A stretch of DNA of 64,000 nucleotides, taken from contig CBDBDQ010000005.1 of assembly GCA_965203905.1 (NCBI GenBank), positions 3,616,001 to 3,680,000 on the forward strand, in the 5' to 3' direction. Below, in pieces: positions 19,159 to 29,900 of this stretch. A model generated the notes under the pieces. That model was not told where the DNA came from. It worked only from the letters and a program-made list of their open reading frames with translations, and made no database searches. Made by a program: the position numbers and the translations under genes. The first letter of the stretch is position 1, and every line of letters begins with the position of its first letter. Source of the stretch: Spirochaetia bacterium (lineage in GTDB: Bacteria > Spirochaetota > Spirochaetia > SZUA-6 > Bin103).

Positions 19159-19762
19159 ACTGGTGAGCGTGATGGGTGGTGACTCCGGACGCGCCAATTC
19201 GCCCGCGCCCTCCATGGCGCGGGACGCCTGTGTTGGGCCCCATGGACGGGGCCCACGAACGGACGACGCGTCAGTCGTGTGATGAGTTACCTGTAGACTT
19301 CGGCGACTCGGTCGGCGGTGCTCGATGATGCGCAGACACTTCGATGCCAGGCGCTGCTTCCAGCTGACCGGCCAGGTCACGCACATACCCAGCCCGGCGC
19401 TCGCCGACCTGGTCGGGCGCGTTCCGGGTGCGCCTCCGGAGCGGCCGACGGGCTCCCAGCCCACGACCTCCCTCTCGCGGGCCGGGAGCTACGTACCACC
19501 CGTGGCGCCAGGGAGGGCGCCATCGGGTGGAGGTCACCGAGCATCCGGCGTGACACGCGCGGGCTCGCCGCATGCGGTGTGGTGAGGCTCACCGCTTTCC
19601 AGACTGGCGCGCGCTCGAACCGTTTGCACGCCAGCTGCCGAGCAAGTGGATACTGGAATGCTGGGACCGGATCGATGGGACGATGGGATCGGAGCTGTTG
19701 GCAGGATTGTCGCGCTCGCGAGAGAGTGCACCGTTCGGGGTTTGAGTCGACGAGTATGAAGT

Positions 19763-20050
19763 GCCATGAAGACAGTCAGCGCAGTGGCCCGTTGGCGGTC
19801 ACGTTCGGTGACCTCCGAGTCGTTGACAGGGTGGTCGCGCCCACGCTAGCATGCCTCGCCTGGGGTTCGACGGATCGATGATGACGCGCCATGAGGACAG
19901 CCAGCGCAGTGACCGGTTGGCGGTGACGTTCGCTGACCTCCGAGTCGTTGACAGGGTGGTCGCGTCCATAGCAAGCTCGCCTCGCCTGGGGCGACGGATG
20001 CCGATGAAGCGCCATGATGACAGTCAGCGCAGTGACCGGTTAGTTGTGAC
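19763..20050. repeat. About 124-bp tandem repeat (about 2.3 copies)
   Basis: Units begin GCCATGANGACAG at 19763, 19888 and 20011; units 1 and 2 share GACCTCCGAGTCGTTGACAGGGTGGTCGCG. Confidence 0.88.
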
Positions 20051-20063
20051 GCAGCTGACGGTC

Positions 20064-20140
20064 CACTCACCACTCACCACTCACCACTCACCACTCACCA
20101 CTCACCCGCTCACCCGCTCACCCGCTCACCACTCACCCGC
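20064..20140. repeat. Short tandem repeat (CACTCAC)6(CCGCTCAC)3(CACTCAC)
   Basis: Read directly from the sequence. Confidence 0.92.
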
Positions 20141-20452
20141 TAGTCGCCCAGCCAACCGCACGGCAGCCGAGTGCGCGGCGCCGGTGCTGAGCGCGGCGAC
20201 AGCGATCCGCGTGGCGCACACCCGCTACACATCCGTGCGTCTAACGGCCGACGAAGTCGGCCGCAAACTCCACCGGTCCACCCCAGCATGCGTAGCGACG
20301 CTTGCCGGCACCTCTATACAGACAACCGACACATCTGTGCCCGACCAGAGTTGTCGACGACGGATGCGCGCTAGCCGCGGCACCGGCTGGTCCGATGGCC
20401 AAGCCACCGTTCTGTCAGGTCACCCAATAGCTCAAAAAAAAGGAGGTGCAAA

Positions 20453-20488
20453 ATGATACTCAAAGAACCTTACGCGCGTGCGGCGTGA
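20453..20488 (+). other. Putative leader peptide MILKEPYARAA
   Basis: AAGGAGGT RBS 4 nt before ATG; stop codon lies in a GCGGCGTG/CACGCCGC stem upstream of the SBP gene. Confidence 0.45.
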
Positions 20489-20618
20489 GCCGGGTGAACC
20501 CGTTGAGTCACACGCCGCGCGCTATTCGTGTATTGGACTCAGACGGGCAGAGCCCGCGTTGCGGGCGCGAGAGTAGCCAGGGAGCGGCAGGCCGCTCCGC
20601 AATACTCTCAAGATCAAA

Positions 20619-22430
20619 ATGATGGACAAAACAATGAAAATCTTTTTTGCAAGGACCTTCGCGATTGCGTTGGTCCTGATTCTGAGCGCAACCGGCCTCT
20701 GGGCCGCTGGCGCAGAAGAGGAGCGGGCAGCCGCTGCCGACAAGAGGTATGTGACCGACCCCACCACCGGGAAGGTGGTGACCGCGCCAGAGTACGGCGG
20801 GATAATCACCTTTGCCAGGCGGGGTGACCCTCCGCATTGTGACTCCTTTTTCTCGCACGCGCCGGGAGTGGTCACTAGTGGCGTTGCCGAGAAGCTAGTC
20901 CACGGGAACTGGGGAATAGATAGGGACGAACGCGACTTTCGGACTGGCTTCAATCCTCCATCTGCCATGATAGGACAACTGGCTGAAAGCTGGGAACAGC
21001 CCAACGACACAACTTATATCTTCAACATCCGCCAGGGCGTTCACTGGCATGATAAGCCCCCGATGAACGGTCGGGAGTTAACTGCCAAGGATATAGAATA
21101 TAACTATCAGCGTTATACTGGTATAGGCAGCGGCTTCACCGAACCTAGCCCCTATATTGGGGATATGCTCACCCGTGAGCCATGGGAATCGATAACCGCT
21201 ACCGACCAATGGACGGTTGTTTTTAAGCTGAAGAGGCCATCAGCCACTGCGCTCCATACTATCTTCGATAGCGCGTACAATTTTATATACCCCCCCGAGG
21301 TAATCGAGCAATACGGTGACTTAAAGGATTGTAAGAACCTGGTCGGCACCGGGCCCTTTATGCTAACTGAGTTGGTCGAGGGCAGCTCTGCGACCTGGAT
21401 GAAGAATACTGACTACTGGGGCTACGACGAAAAGTACCCAGAGAACCGCCTGCCCTACGTTGACGAGTTAAGGGGCCTGATTATGCCAGAAGACCCAACA
21501 CGTCTGGCGGCACTGCGCACGGGTAAGATTGATTACCTAGGTCACCTCGGCACCTCTCAAATATTTACTATCGACGAGGCAGAGAGCCTCCGGCGGACCA
21601 ACCCTGAAATCGAACTGCATACGTTTGTCTTGCGGTCAGAAAACTCTTTTGTTGCTGGCATACGCCCCGACAACCCGCCCATTAACGACCTCAAGGTACG
21701 CATAGCAATGCAGAAGGCGTTGGACCTTGAGACAATTAACAATACCTACTTTAGGGGTTGGGCAGACTGGAAACCTATGGGGATTAATGGCACTGGTTTA
21801 AAGGGGTATCACATCCCATTTGACGAGTGGCCCGAAGAGCTCAAGCGAGAATATACCTATGACCCGGAAGGGGCCGAAGCGCTCCTTGATGAGGCCGGGT
21901 ATCCGCGCGGCGCCGACGGCATTAGATTCAAGACCGTCTTGAACCACCTCGATCGGTGGGATTTAGGCTTTAGAGAATTGGTTGCCTCCTACTGGGCTGA
22001 GATTGGCGTTGATGTTGAGATTAGGGAGATGGACGGAACCAAAATTGGCGCTATGATACGCGAACATACTTATGAAGGTATCGCCGATGGAACTCCGGGC
22101 TACGAGGAGGGACCTCTGAAGCAGGTAGCCTGGTTTACCTCGGACTCATCATGGAACCCCCCTAATGTCAGTGACCCGGTTTATGACGCCATGATTGAAG
22201 CCGCCGAAGCTGCTACCGGTGAGGAGCAGAAGAGGCTGATTACAGAGGCAGATATGTACGTTATAAAAAACCACTGGTTTATATGGGGTGGTAGAGCTCC
22301 ACAGTTTAGCGCGAACCAGCCGTGGCTCATAGGTCATAACGGTGAAATGGCACTAGGAACCATGGACTTTATTGGCCCCTTCGCCCGCTTCTGGATTGAT
22401 TCCGAGCTGAAGGAAGCAATGGGTCATTAG
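20619..22430 (+). CDS. Family-5 ABC solute-binding protein (DppA/OppA-like)
   Basis: Signal peptide, LAESWEQP, IRQGVHWHD, VGTGPF, LLDEAGYP; start may be 20634. Confidence 0.93.
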   Translation: MMDKTMKIFFARTFAIALVLILSATGLWAAGAEEERAAAADKRYVTDPTTGKVVTAPEYGGIITFARRGDPPHCDSFFSHAPGVVTSGVAEKLVHGNWGIDRDERDFRTGFNPPSAMIGQLAESWEQPNDTTYIFNIRQGVHWHDKPPMNGRELTAKDIEYNYQRYTGIGSGFTEPSPYIGDMLTREPWESITATDQWTVVFKLKRPSATALHTIFDSAYNFIYPPEVIEQYGDLKDCKNLVGTGPFMLTELVEGSSATWMKNTDYWGYDEKYPENRLPYVDELRGLIMPEDPTRLAALRTGKIDYLGHLGTSQIFTIDEAESLRRTNPEIELHTFVLRSENSFVAGIRPDNPPINDLKVRIAMQKALDLETINNTYFRGWADWKPMGINGTGLKGYHIPFDEWPEELKREYTYDPEGAEALLDEAGYPRGADGIRFKTVLNHLDRWDLGFRELVASYWAEIGVDVEIREMDGTKIGAMIREHTYEGIADGTPGYEEGPLKQVAWFTSDSSWNPPNVSDPVYDAMIEAAEAATGEEQKRLITEADMYVIKNHWFIWGGRAPQFSANQPWLIGHNGEMALGTMDFIGPFARFWIDSELKEAMGH

Positions 22431-22460
22431 AGGCTTCATCCCCCTTTTTTTGCGAGTTGG

Positions 22461-22508
22461 GGAGCCGCCTCCGAGCGCACTATTGAGCGGCTTCTCGGCT
22501 CCTTTTTC
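22461..22508 (+). terminator. Probable intrinsic terminator
   Basis: GGAGCCG..CGGCTCC followed by TTTTT. Confidence 0.5.
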
Positions 22509-22559
22509 CGCTTGTCTAGGAGAAGAAGGACCAAGGCGAACTGGGAGAACTTATAAGTG

Positions 22560-22892
22560 ATGCCTATGGTCAAATAGAATCAATCGATCTAAAATCGGTG
22601 GTGCTGGATCCTCGCAATCCTTGAAGAGATCCTAGAGGAATCTCCCACGGCAGCAATAAAGGTGCTATGGGAATCGGAGGATCAATCTTGTACTAGCGCT
22701 CTTTGGTCATGTACTGTCGGAAGATGGGAAATTGATTGGAAAAGGGATGAAATGATGTACATAATCGATGGTGAATCGGAACTCGCAGATCAGTTCGGAC
22801 ACTCTCAAGCATTTGCGGCGGGTGATTTTTCATGTTAGCAGGAGGCTAAGACGATGTGGAATGTAGAACGGCCTCTTCTGAAGATCTTTTAA
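22560..22892 (+). pseudogene. Cupin (DUF861/EutQ-like) remnant
   Basis: SALWSCTVGRWEIDWKRDEMMYIIDGESELAD..FAAGDF, with stops and shifts on both sides; low GC. Confidence 0.7.
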
Positions 22893-22927
22893 TTTTCGCC
22901 GATGAATCCCGAAAGGTTCTGGCTGCC

Positions 22928-23893
22928 ATGAGAGCCTACGTCATCAGGCGGCTCTTACTACTCCTCCCCACACTGTTTATCATGTCCGTCCTGGTCTTTC
23001 TGTTGGTCCGCTTGATCCCCGGCGATGTAATAGACGCTATGGTGGGTGAAATTGTGTTCTATGGTAGAGGTGATACAGCAGTAGACCGTGAAGCTCTTGA
23101 GCGCATGCTTGGATTAGACGTACCTGTCTACGTGCAGTATGGACGTTGGATAGGAGATATTATTCTGCATGGCACCCTTGGCGACTCACTGATTGGCGGT
23201 TGGAGAGTGGAGGAGAGGATACTAGGTAGACTGCCGGTAACTATTGAGCTTGGCCTCATGTCGATCGTCATTGGGCTGGTGATAGCACTGCCGGTCGGCA
23301 TCTACTCGGCGATTCGCCAGGATACGGCCCCCGATTTCCTGGGGCGCTCCGTCGCCATCATCGGCCTGGCAACGCCGAACTTCTGGCTGGGGATCATGGT
23401 CATGCTATACCCGGCAGTGTGGTGGGGCTGGTCGCCACCGATGGAACTGATTCGGTTCACGGAAGACCCGCTGGGCAGTCTCGGAGTGTTCATCATTCCG
23501 AGCCTGATTCTGGGTACCTACCTGTCTGCAGCCACCATGCGGATAACGCGGACGATGATGCTAGAGGTGCTGCGGCAGGATTACATCCGGACGGCCTGGT
23601 CGAAGGGTCTCAAGGAGAGGGTGGTTGTGGTGCGGCACGCTGTCAAGAATGCCCTCATCCCGATCGTTACCCTGGTGGGCCTGCAGTTGCCTATCCTGGT
23701 GGGTGGCTCGGTCATCATGGAGAACATATTCAACCTACCGGGGGTGGGTCGTCTCATGGTGGCCGCGCTCACCGACAGAGACTACCCGGTGGTCTCCGGA
23801 GTAAACCTGTTCTTCGGCACGGCGGTCGTGGGGGCCAATCTCATGATCGATCTGGTTTACGGCTACCTGGATCCGCGGGTCCGTTACCAATAG
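22928..23893 (+). CDS. DppB-like ABC permease
   Basis: MRAYVIRRLL..LEVLRQDYIRTAWSKGL..DPRVRYQ. Confidence 0.93.
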   Translation: MRAYVIRRLLLLLPTLFIMSVLVFLLVRLIPGDVIDAMVGEIVFYGRGDTAVDREALERMLGLDVPVYVQYGRWIGDIILHGTLGDSLIGGWRVEERILGRLPVTIELGLMSIVIGLVIALPVGIYSAIRQDTAPDFLGRSVAIIGLATPNFWLGIMVMLYPAVWWGWSPPMELIRFTEDPLGSLGVFIIPSLILGTYLSAATMRITRTMMLEVLRQDYIRTAWSKGLKERVVVVRHAVKNALIPIVTLVGLQLPILVGGSVIMENIFNLPGVGRLMVAALTDRDYPVVSGVNLFFGTAVVGANLMIDLVYGYLDPRVRYQ

Positions 23894-23904
23894 CACGCGC
23901 GGGA

Positions 23905-24780
23905 ATGGCTGCTTTCCTTGTCAGGCTGTGGCGAGAGAAATCACTCGGTGCTATCAGCGGGATCATCATCCTGATATTGATTCTCGTGGCTATCTTTGCC
24001 GATGCTGTGGCCCCGTATGAGTATCTCGAGATACACTTGGCAGACCGGCTGACCGGCTCATCAGCCGCGTATCCGCTGGGTACCGACCACTTGGGACGAG
24101 ACCTGTTGAGCCGCATCATCTACGGGGCGCGGCTGTCGTTGATCGTCGGTCTGTCGGCGACTGCAGTGAATGTCGTGGTCGCCGTGCTGATCGGCGGCAC
24201 GTCAGGATTCTTCGGCGGACGACTCGATCTTGTCGTGCAGAGATTCGTCGATGGCTGGATGGCCATCCCGGGACTGCTGCTGTTGTTGACGATCATGTCC
24301 ATCGTAGGGAAGGGGATGCCACAGCTGATACTGGTCCTGGGGATATCAGGAGGCATCGGCGGCTCGAGATTGATCAGAGGCGCCGTGATAGACATCAAGG
24401 AGAATGCCTATTTCCAGGCGGTCGAGGTGATTGGCGCCTCGAAGTGGCGGACATTCATCGGCCATGTCCTGCCCAACATCATGCCGGTCGTGATCATCGT
24501 CTTCAGCATCAACGTCGGCGGGGTGATCATCAGTGAGGCTTCGCTGAGCTTCCTCGGCTTCGGTCTGCCCCCCGACGTTCCCAGCTGGGGAGCGATGCTC
24601 AGCCGCGAAGGGCGTCAGTACATGCAGCAGGGGCCATGGCTGGCTCTCTGGCCCGGTCTCTGCCTGACGATTGTCGTCTACAGTCTGAACATGTTCGGCG
24701 ACGCGGTGCGTGACCTGCTTGACCCGCGGCTGAGGGGTGGCGGGGGACGCCTGGGAGCCGATGCCGCCAGGTCGGTCTAA
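23905..24780 (+). CDS. DppC-like ABC permease
   Basis: PLGTDHLGRDLLSRII, EASLSFLGFG, GDAVRDLLDPR. Confidence 0.92.
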   Translation: MAAFLVRLWREKSLGAISGIIILILILVAIFADAVAPYEYLEIHLADRLTGSSAAYPLGTDHLGRDLLSRIIYGARLSLIVGLSATAVNVVVAVLIGGTSGFFGGRLDLVVQRFVDGWMAIPGLLLLLTIMSIVGKGMPQLILVLGISGGIGGSRLIRGAVIDIKENAYFQAVEVIGASKWRTFIGHVLPNIMPVVIIVFSINVGGVIISEASLSFLGFGLPPDVPSWGAMLSREGRQYMQQGPWLALWPGLCLTIVVYSLNMFGDAVRDLLDPRLRGGGGRLGADAARSV

Positions 24781-24869
24781 GAGAGCGCTCCTGCGGCGCC
24801 GCGCCGGGTCGCCGTCCAGCCCAGTCAGCAAGGCGAGGTGCGACGGATCGGCCGCTCCAGGCAAGCGTC

Positions 24870-25066
24870 AAGAACACCCGTGTCTGCCGCTCCGCGGCGC
24901 CGCCGTAGACCCGGTCGAGCATCTCGGTTATATCGTCTCCGCGGTGGTCACGGATAAATTCCTCGAGGGCCAATGCGTAGAGTCGGATTCTGGGCAGGTC
25001 GAACTTTTCCGCAAGCTCTTCCGCCTCCCTGAACAAGCCGTCCGGCAAGGACACGGCGGTCTTCAT
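24870..25066 (-). pseudogene. RHH antitoxin (ChpI/MazE6-like), 3' end lost, no toxin
   Basis: MKTAVSLPDGLFREAEELA..LYALALEEFI..ITEMLDRVY; the frame runs on antisense into dppC. Confidence 0.7.
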
Positions 25067-25222
25067 GACACTAGCTAGACGCTGATCTCTCGTACGCCTC
25101 TCATCGGTGCACTCTCGATACTCGTCGCCACAGCGAAGCGGGGCACTATGCACCTCATCAGACGACTGACCCGTCGTCCGTTCGCGTGATAGGCTCGGGT
25201 CATAGGCTCGACCTTCTCAGCG

Positions 25223-25444
25223 TCACCGGTGAAGGCCTCGAGCACCCTCTGCGGCGGAGGGTGGCTTGGAAGGAGCCTCAGGTTCGGGCCGCCCTCGCCG
25301 GCGCAGTGCGAAGTGCTCGGCAACCTCCGCGAGCTGCTCCACGACGAGCATCTTCTCGCGGAACGACAGCGCCGCGAATCGCTCGCGGTGGCGCCTTCGA
25401 ATCCCTTTGAATGTGGCCAAGCTCCAGTCGACCTCGTCAGCCAT
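25223..25444 (-). CDS. Small hypothetical partner of nucleotidyltransferase
   Basis: MADEVDWSLATFKGIRRRH..LSFREK; start overlaps the upstream stop. Confidence 0.65.
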   Translation of the reverse strand: MADEVDWSLATFKGIRRRHRERFAALSFREKMLVVEQLAEVAEHFALRRRGRPEPEAPSKPPSAAEGARGLHR

Positions 25445-25920
25445 TATCCATCTCCCAATGCAGACTTAGCTCGGCGATATCAGCCAGATCTTGCGGTCGG
25501 GCGGCGTCGCCCTTCATCCGCATGAGGGTCTGCAGGCGGACGATGCGTACCGGTACGTTCGGCGCGATTTCCTGAATCATCGCCGAGGCATACTCGGTAT
25601 CGAAGTCGAACGGTTCGGTGGCGAAAACGTTGACCGGTGTGTGGTGATGTTCGTCACGGTGAAACGACAGCACGGTCACTCCCTTGTCCACTAGCAAGCG
25701 CGCACGGTGCTCGGCGCTGGCAAACTCGCTCGCCGCGACCGGCACGATCGGCCTATAGCCCAGGCTCGCCAGGGCCGCGAACGCAGCGACAATCCGGCCG
25801 GGCTCGAAATTCACGACCAGGTCGATGTCTTGGGTCTGCCGGCTATAGCCGTGCGCGACGACTGCCAGGCCACCGACCACGATGAAGGGCACCTCGGCTT
25901 CGTTGAGCGCGCGAACGATG
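25437..25920 (-). CDS. Minimal nucleotidyltransferase-fold protein (DUF6036-like), 5' end probably clipped
   Basis: IVRALNEAEVPFIVVGGLAVVAHG..TQDIDLV..K..AARPQDLADI; no in-frame start upstream of GTG 25892. Confidence 0.75.
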
Positions 25921-25937
25921 CTTCTGCTGGTACCCCA

Positions 25938-26525
25938 TCAAACTGTGGTTTGGGGGTCAGCATCGGGGAACGGGTCGGTCAAGCCCGCCTGGAGGGGCAC
26001 TTCGAAGGCGTTCAGGACCAACGAGACCAGGCAGTAATAGCCGATGATGGTGACCAGCTCGATGACGCCGCCTTCACCGAGCAAGTCGACGGCAGTCTGG
26101 TAGGTGGCATCGTCGATGCGGTGGTCGCGCAAGAGCTGCACGGCCAGGTCGTGGCCGGCTGCCTGATCGGCGGGCAGCGACGGTATGCCGCGCTGGCGAA
26201 TGGTCTCGACGGCAGCCGCATCGACTCCCGCCGCCACCGCCATTGGACCATGCATCGCAAACTCGAACTTCGCGCGGTAGTAGGCGCCGACGACGCAGAT
26301 CGCCACCTCTCGTACCTGGTCGCTCAGCGACGTGTCGAACCGGACAGCGGCACCGAGTTGCTGCGCAGGCATGCCGACGTTTGGGGATCGCACCCACACG
26401 CTGAATGGACCGCGCAGGCCGATACTCGGATCCGAGGTGCCACGTGGGCCGGCGTTGATCGCGGCGACCACGGCCCGTTGGCGGTCGGTGAGCTGATCGA
26501 TGTCGAGCGCTGGGAGTCGAGCCAT
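25938..26525 (-). CDS. Carboxymuconolactone decarboxylase family protein
   Basis: GPFSVWVRSP, REVAI..FEFAMH, VIELVTIIGYY. Confidence 0.88.
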   Translation of the reverse strand: MARLPALDIDQLTDRQRAVVAAINAGPRGTSDPSIGLRGPFSVWVRSPNVGMPAQQLGAAVRFDTSLSDQVREVAICVVGAYYRAKFEFAMHGPMAVAAGVDAAAVETIRQRGIPSLPADQAAGHDLAVQLLRDHRIDDATYQTAVDLLGEGGVIELVTIIGYYCLVSLVLNAFEVPLQAGLTDPFPDADPQTTV

Positions 26526-26604
26526 AGCGCATTATGCCCCGTTACCAGGCGAATGTGGCGTGGCGGTCGGTCGCGAGGGTTCGGTTCAGCTCCAAACGTG
26601 CTCA

Positions 26605-26755
26605 ACTGCGGCGGTTCCTGCGGCAGCACCAGCGCCCGCACTTCGCGGATGAAGAACTGCTTGCACAGCGACCATTCGAAGGGCGCAAGCATGCGTGGCA
26701 GCGGTTCCGCCTCGGCATCGTCGAAGTAGGTCAGGCTCATCGCTACCTGACTTGC
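26605..26755 (-). pseudogene. C-terminal remnant of AbiEii-like nucleotidyltransferase toxin
   Basis: SLTYFDDAEAEPLPRMLAPFEWSLCKQFF resembles AbiEii C-termini. Confidence 0.6.
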
Positions 26756-26967
26756 GCGGCAACAGTTTACGCAAGCGCCGCATCACGGTCGGGCAGGGTC
26801 ATGGCGGGCCGGAGGTACGTAATTGTCGCGCTACGACGCAGGCAGGATATTCTGGGTCAACGAGGGTTCGGACGTTGAAGGGAACAGCGCAACTCGCGGT
26901 GCCGGCTGGGGCCAAGGACGGGTTGCCGTCGCGGTCCGGGATCTGTCCGGGCGCCAAGGCACGGGCG

Positions 26968-29900
26968 GCGTGCGTCCTGCACGGCGGATGGGTGCCCAGC
27001 GAGGCTGGCGGCCGGTTCCTGGTGTGGGCCGAAACCGCGCACCGAACGCAACGGCGGCGCGCGGGCGACCATCCGTTTCAACTGCGCCGGGAGCAGCTCG
27101 CGGACGCGCTCGCGGAGACGTGGCCTACACCTGTTCGAAGCATCCGGTCTTGCGTCCAAGCGCGGTTCGGCTTGGGCCGTATTGCCCGGCGACGGCGTGC
27201 GGCCCGCGCCTTCGCTGGAGTTGCAGGCGGAGTTGGATGAGGAGATCGCCGCCGTAACTGGCTGGGAGACCTGGCGGGTGGACGTGGCGGAGGTTGCCGA
27301 CCCCCTCGCAATGCTTCGCGCGCTCGATCAGCGCACGCAAGTGACGCCGCGCACGGGTGTGGCGCAGGGTATCCGGATCGCGGACGATTTGCGCTTCTGG
27401 AGCCGCTTGGCGGCGAGCTTCGAGCGGGGCGTCCGCCACCACGAGTATCTGCCGGCGATCTACGCGGCGCAACCGGAGGCTCCGCCGGCGCGGCAGGCGC
27501 GCGGCAACCGCCGCAGGAAGGTCCGCAAGAGTACCGTTCGGTTCGAAGCGGGCTGGGAATTTTCTGCCACCGCGGAGGAGAGCATCGTGGAGCCATTCGC
27601 CCGCGCGATGCCGGGGGCGTGCCGGGCGCTGTGGGCGGCAGCGTCTCCAAAGAGCGGAGAGGATCCCGAGTTGCACGAGCCGCGGGCTCTCCTGCGCCAC
27701 TTCCTGGCAGTGCATCTGCACCGGTTTGTTGGCGGCACGCGTTTTACGCAGTCGGTGTTGAAGAGCGTCCAAGGGTCGTTTCTGGTGCATGCGCTGCCGC
27801 CGGCTGCGTCCGCTCGCCCGGTCGAACGGAATCACGAGGCCCCTATCGGTGAGCACACCTGGGTGCAGTGGCGGCGCTGGCGCGACCGCATGCGGCGGTC
27901 GGCGCTCGCCGCGGACGAACGGGTCTGCTTCCGTCTGGCTGATGCGAAGGGCGGGTCGCCCGACACTTGGCGCCTCGAATGGCTCCTGTCATCGCGCCGC
28001 GATCCGTCACTGCTGATTCCGCTCGCCGACTATTGGGGATCCGGGAACTCCGAGCGGCCGGCGGCGCGCAGCGTGCGCGAGGTCCTGCTGCAACTGGGGC
28101 AGGCTGCGCGCATCTACGCCAAGCTCTGGGAAGGCATGGACAGCGAGGCTCCTGCAGAAGTGGTCCTGGATCGCGCCGAGGCGCTCGGATTCCTGCGCCA
28201 GCAGGCCCCGATCCTGCAAGGAGCGGGGTTCCGGGTGATCGTGCCGGCGTGGTGGACCGTGACCGGCCAGCGGCGCCTGCGCCTGCGCTTGACGTCGCGG
28301 AGCTCGGGCGGCGCAGCCACTGCCGGAACCGAGTCGCCGGCAACACTGGGTTTCGACACGCTGCTCGCGTTCAATGCGCAGGTAGTCCTGGACGGCGAGC
28401 CGATCACCGCGAGCGAGTGGCAAACCATCGTTGCGGCAAAGGAAGGTCTGGTCCGGCTGCGCGGGCAGTGGATGGAGTTGCGCGGCGACGAGGTATCACG
28501 TCTGGAAGAGTACTGGGCGGCCGATGCCGGTTCGCAGACCATGACGGTGGCCGACCTGTTGCGCGCCGAGGCTGGTTCCGACGCCCTCGAAGTCGTCTGC
28601 GAAGGCGCCGTCGGCCGCATGCTCGCCGTACTGCGCGGCACCGGCTCGCTGGAAATGCTCGACCAGCCCGCCGGGTTCGCGGGCGAGTTGCGCGGCTACC
28701 AGGTGCGCGGGTTTTCCTGGCTGGCGTACCTGGAGCGCTTCGGCTTCGGAGCATGCCTGGCCGACGACATGGGGTTGGGGAAGACCATTCAGGTGCTGGC
28801 GGCGGTGCTGCAGGACAAGGCGCGAAACCCCGATGCCGGGCCCACTCTGCTCATCGCACCCACTTCGGTGGTCGGGAACTGGCAGCGCGAAACGAGGCGC
28901 TTCGCACCAACGCTCGCCACCTGCCTCCACCACGGGCCGCAGCGGGTCAGGACCAGGGAGGCCTTCGAGGAAGCGATTCGGGGCATCGACATTGTCGTTG
29001 CCTCGTTCGGAGTCGCCCGGTTGGACGCATCGGTCCTGCAGAGGGTGCGCTGGTGGCGCCTCGTCGTGGACGAGTCTCAGAACGTCAAGAACCCCACGGC
29101 GGCAGTGACCAAGGCAATCCGCGGCATCCCGGCGCCGCGGCGCATCGCCCTGACCGGCACTCCCGTCGAGAACCGGCTGATGGACCTGTGGTCGCTATTC
29201 AGCGTGCTCAATCCCGGCTTCCTGGGAACCATGGCCGAGTTTCGCAAGAACCTGGAGCGGCCGATCATGCGCGAACGCAATCGTGCGGCGACCGAGCGTC
29301 TGCGCAGCCTGGTGCGCCCGTTCATCCTGCGCCGCATGAAGACCGACCGGGCGATCATCAAGGATCTGCCCGACAAGGTCGAACAGAACTCCTACTGCAA
29401 TCTGACTCCCGAGCAAGCCACCCTGTATGAAGCGGTTGTCCGCGACCTGGAAGCGAAGCTCGAGGACGCCGACGAGGGCGGGCGCCAGGGGCTGCTGCTC
29501 TCCACACTGCTGCGCTTGAAGCAGATCTGCAACCATCCGGCGCAGTTTCTCCAGGATGCCAGCGAGTTCAGCGAGACACGTTCGCACAAGCTCGCGCGCG
29601 TTTGCGAGATGCTCGACGAGATCGAGGCCGAGCGCGAATCGGTGCTGGTATTCACTCAGTTCACGGAAATCGGCAAGTTGCTGGAAGCCCTGTTCCGCCG
29701 GCGCTACGGCGGCGCGGTCTACTACCTGCATGGCGGCACGCCGCGGGCACGGCGAGAGCACATGGTGGAAGAGTTCCAGGATCCCGATACCGAGCCGGCG
29801 ATCTTCGTGCTGTCGTTGCGTGCCGGCGGCACCGGTATCACGCTGACGCGGGCGAATCACGTCATTCACTTCGATCGCTGGTGGAATCCCGCCGTCGAGA

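Noticed and set aside
19160-19750. Short ORFs in the gap after the right IR
   Set aside because: Low-complexity Arg/Ala/Pro translations with no RBS or motif.
19763-20050. Possible CRISPR array
   Set aside because: Units are about 124 bp and similar along their length, with no unique spacers, under 3 copies and no cas genes.
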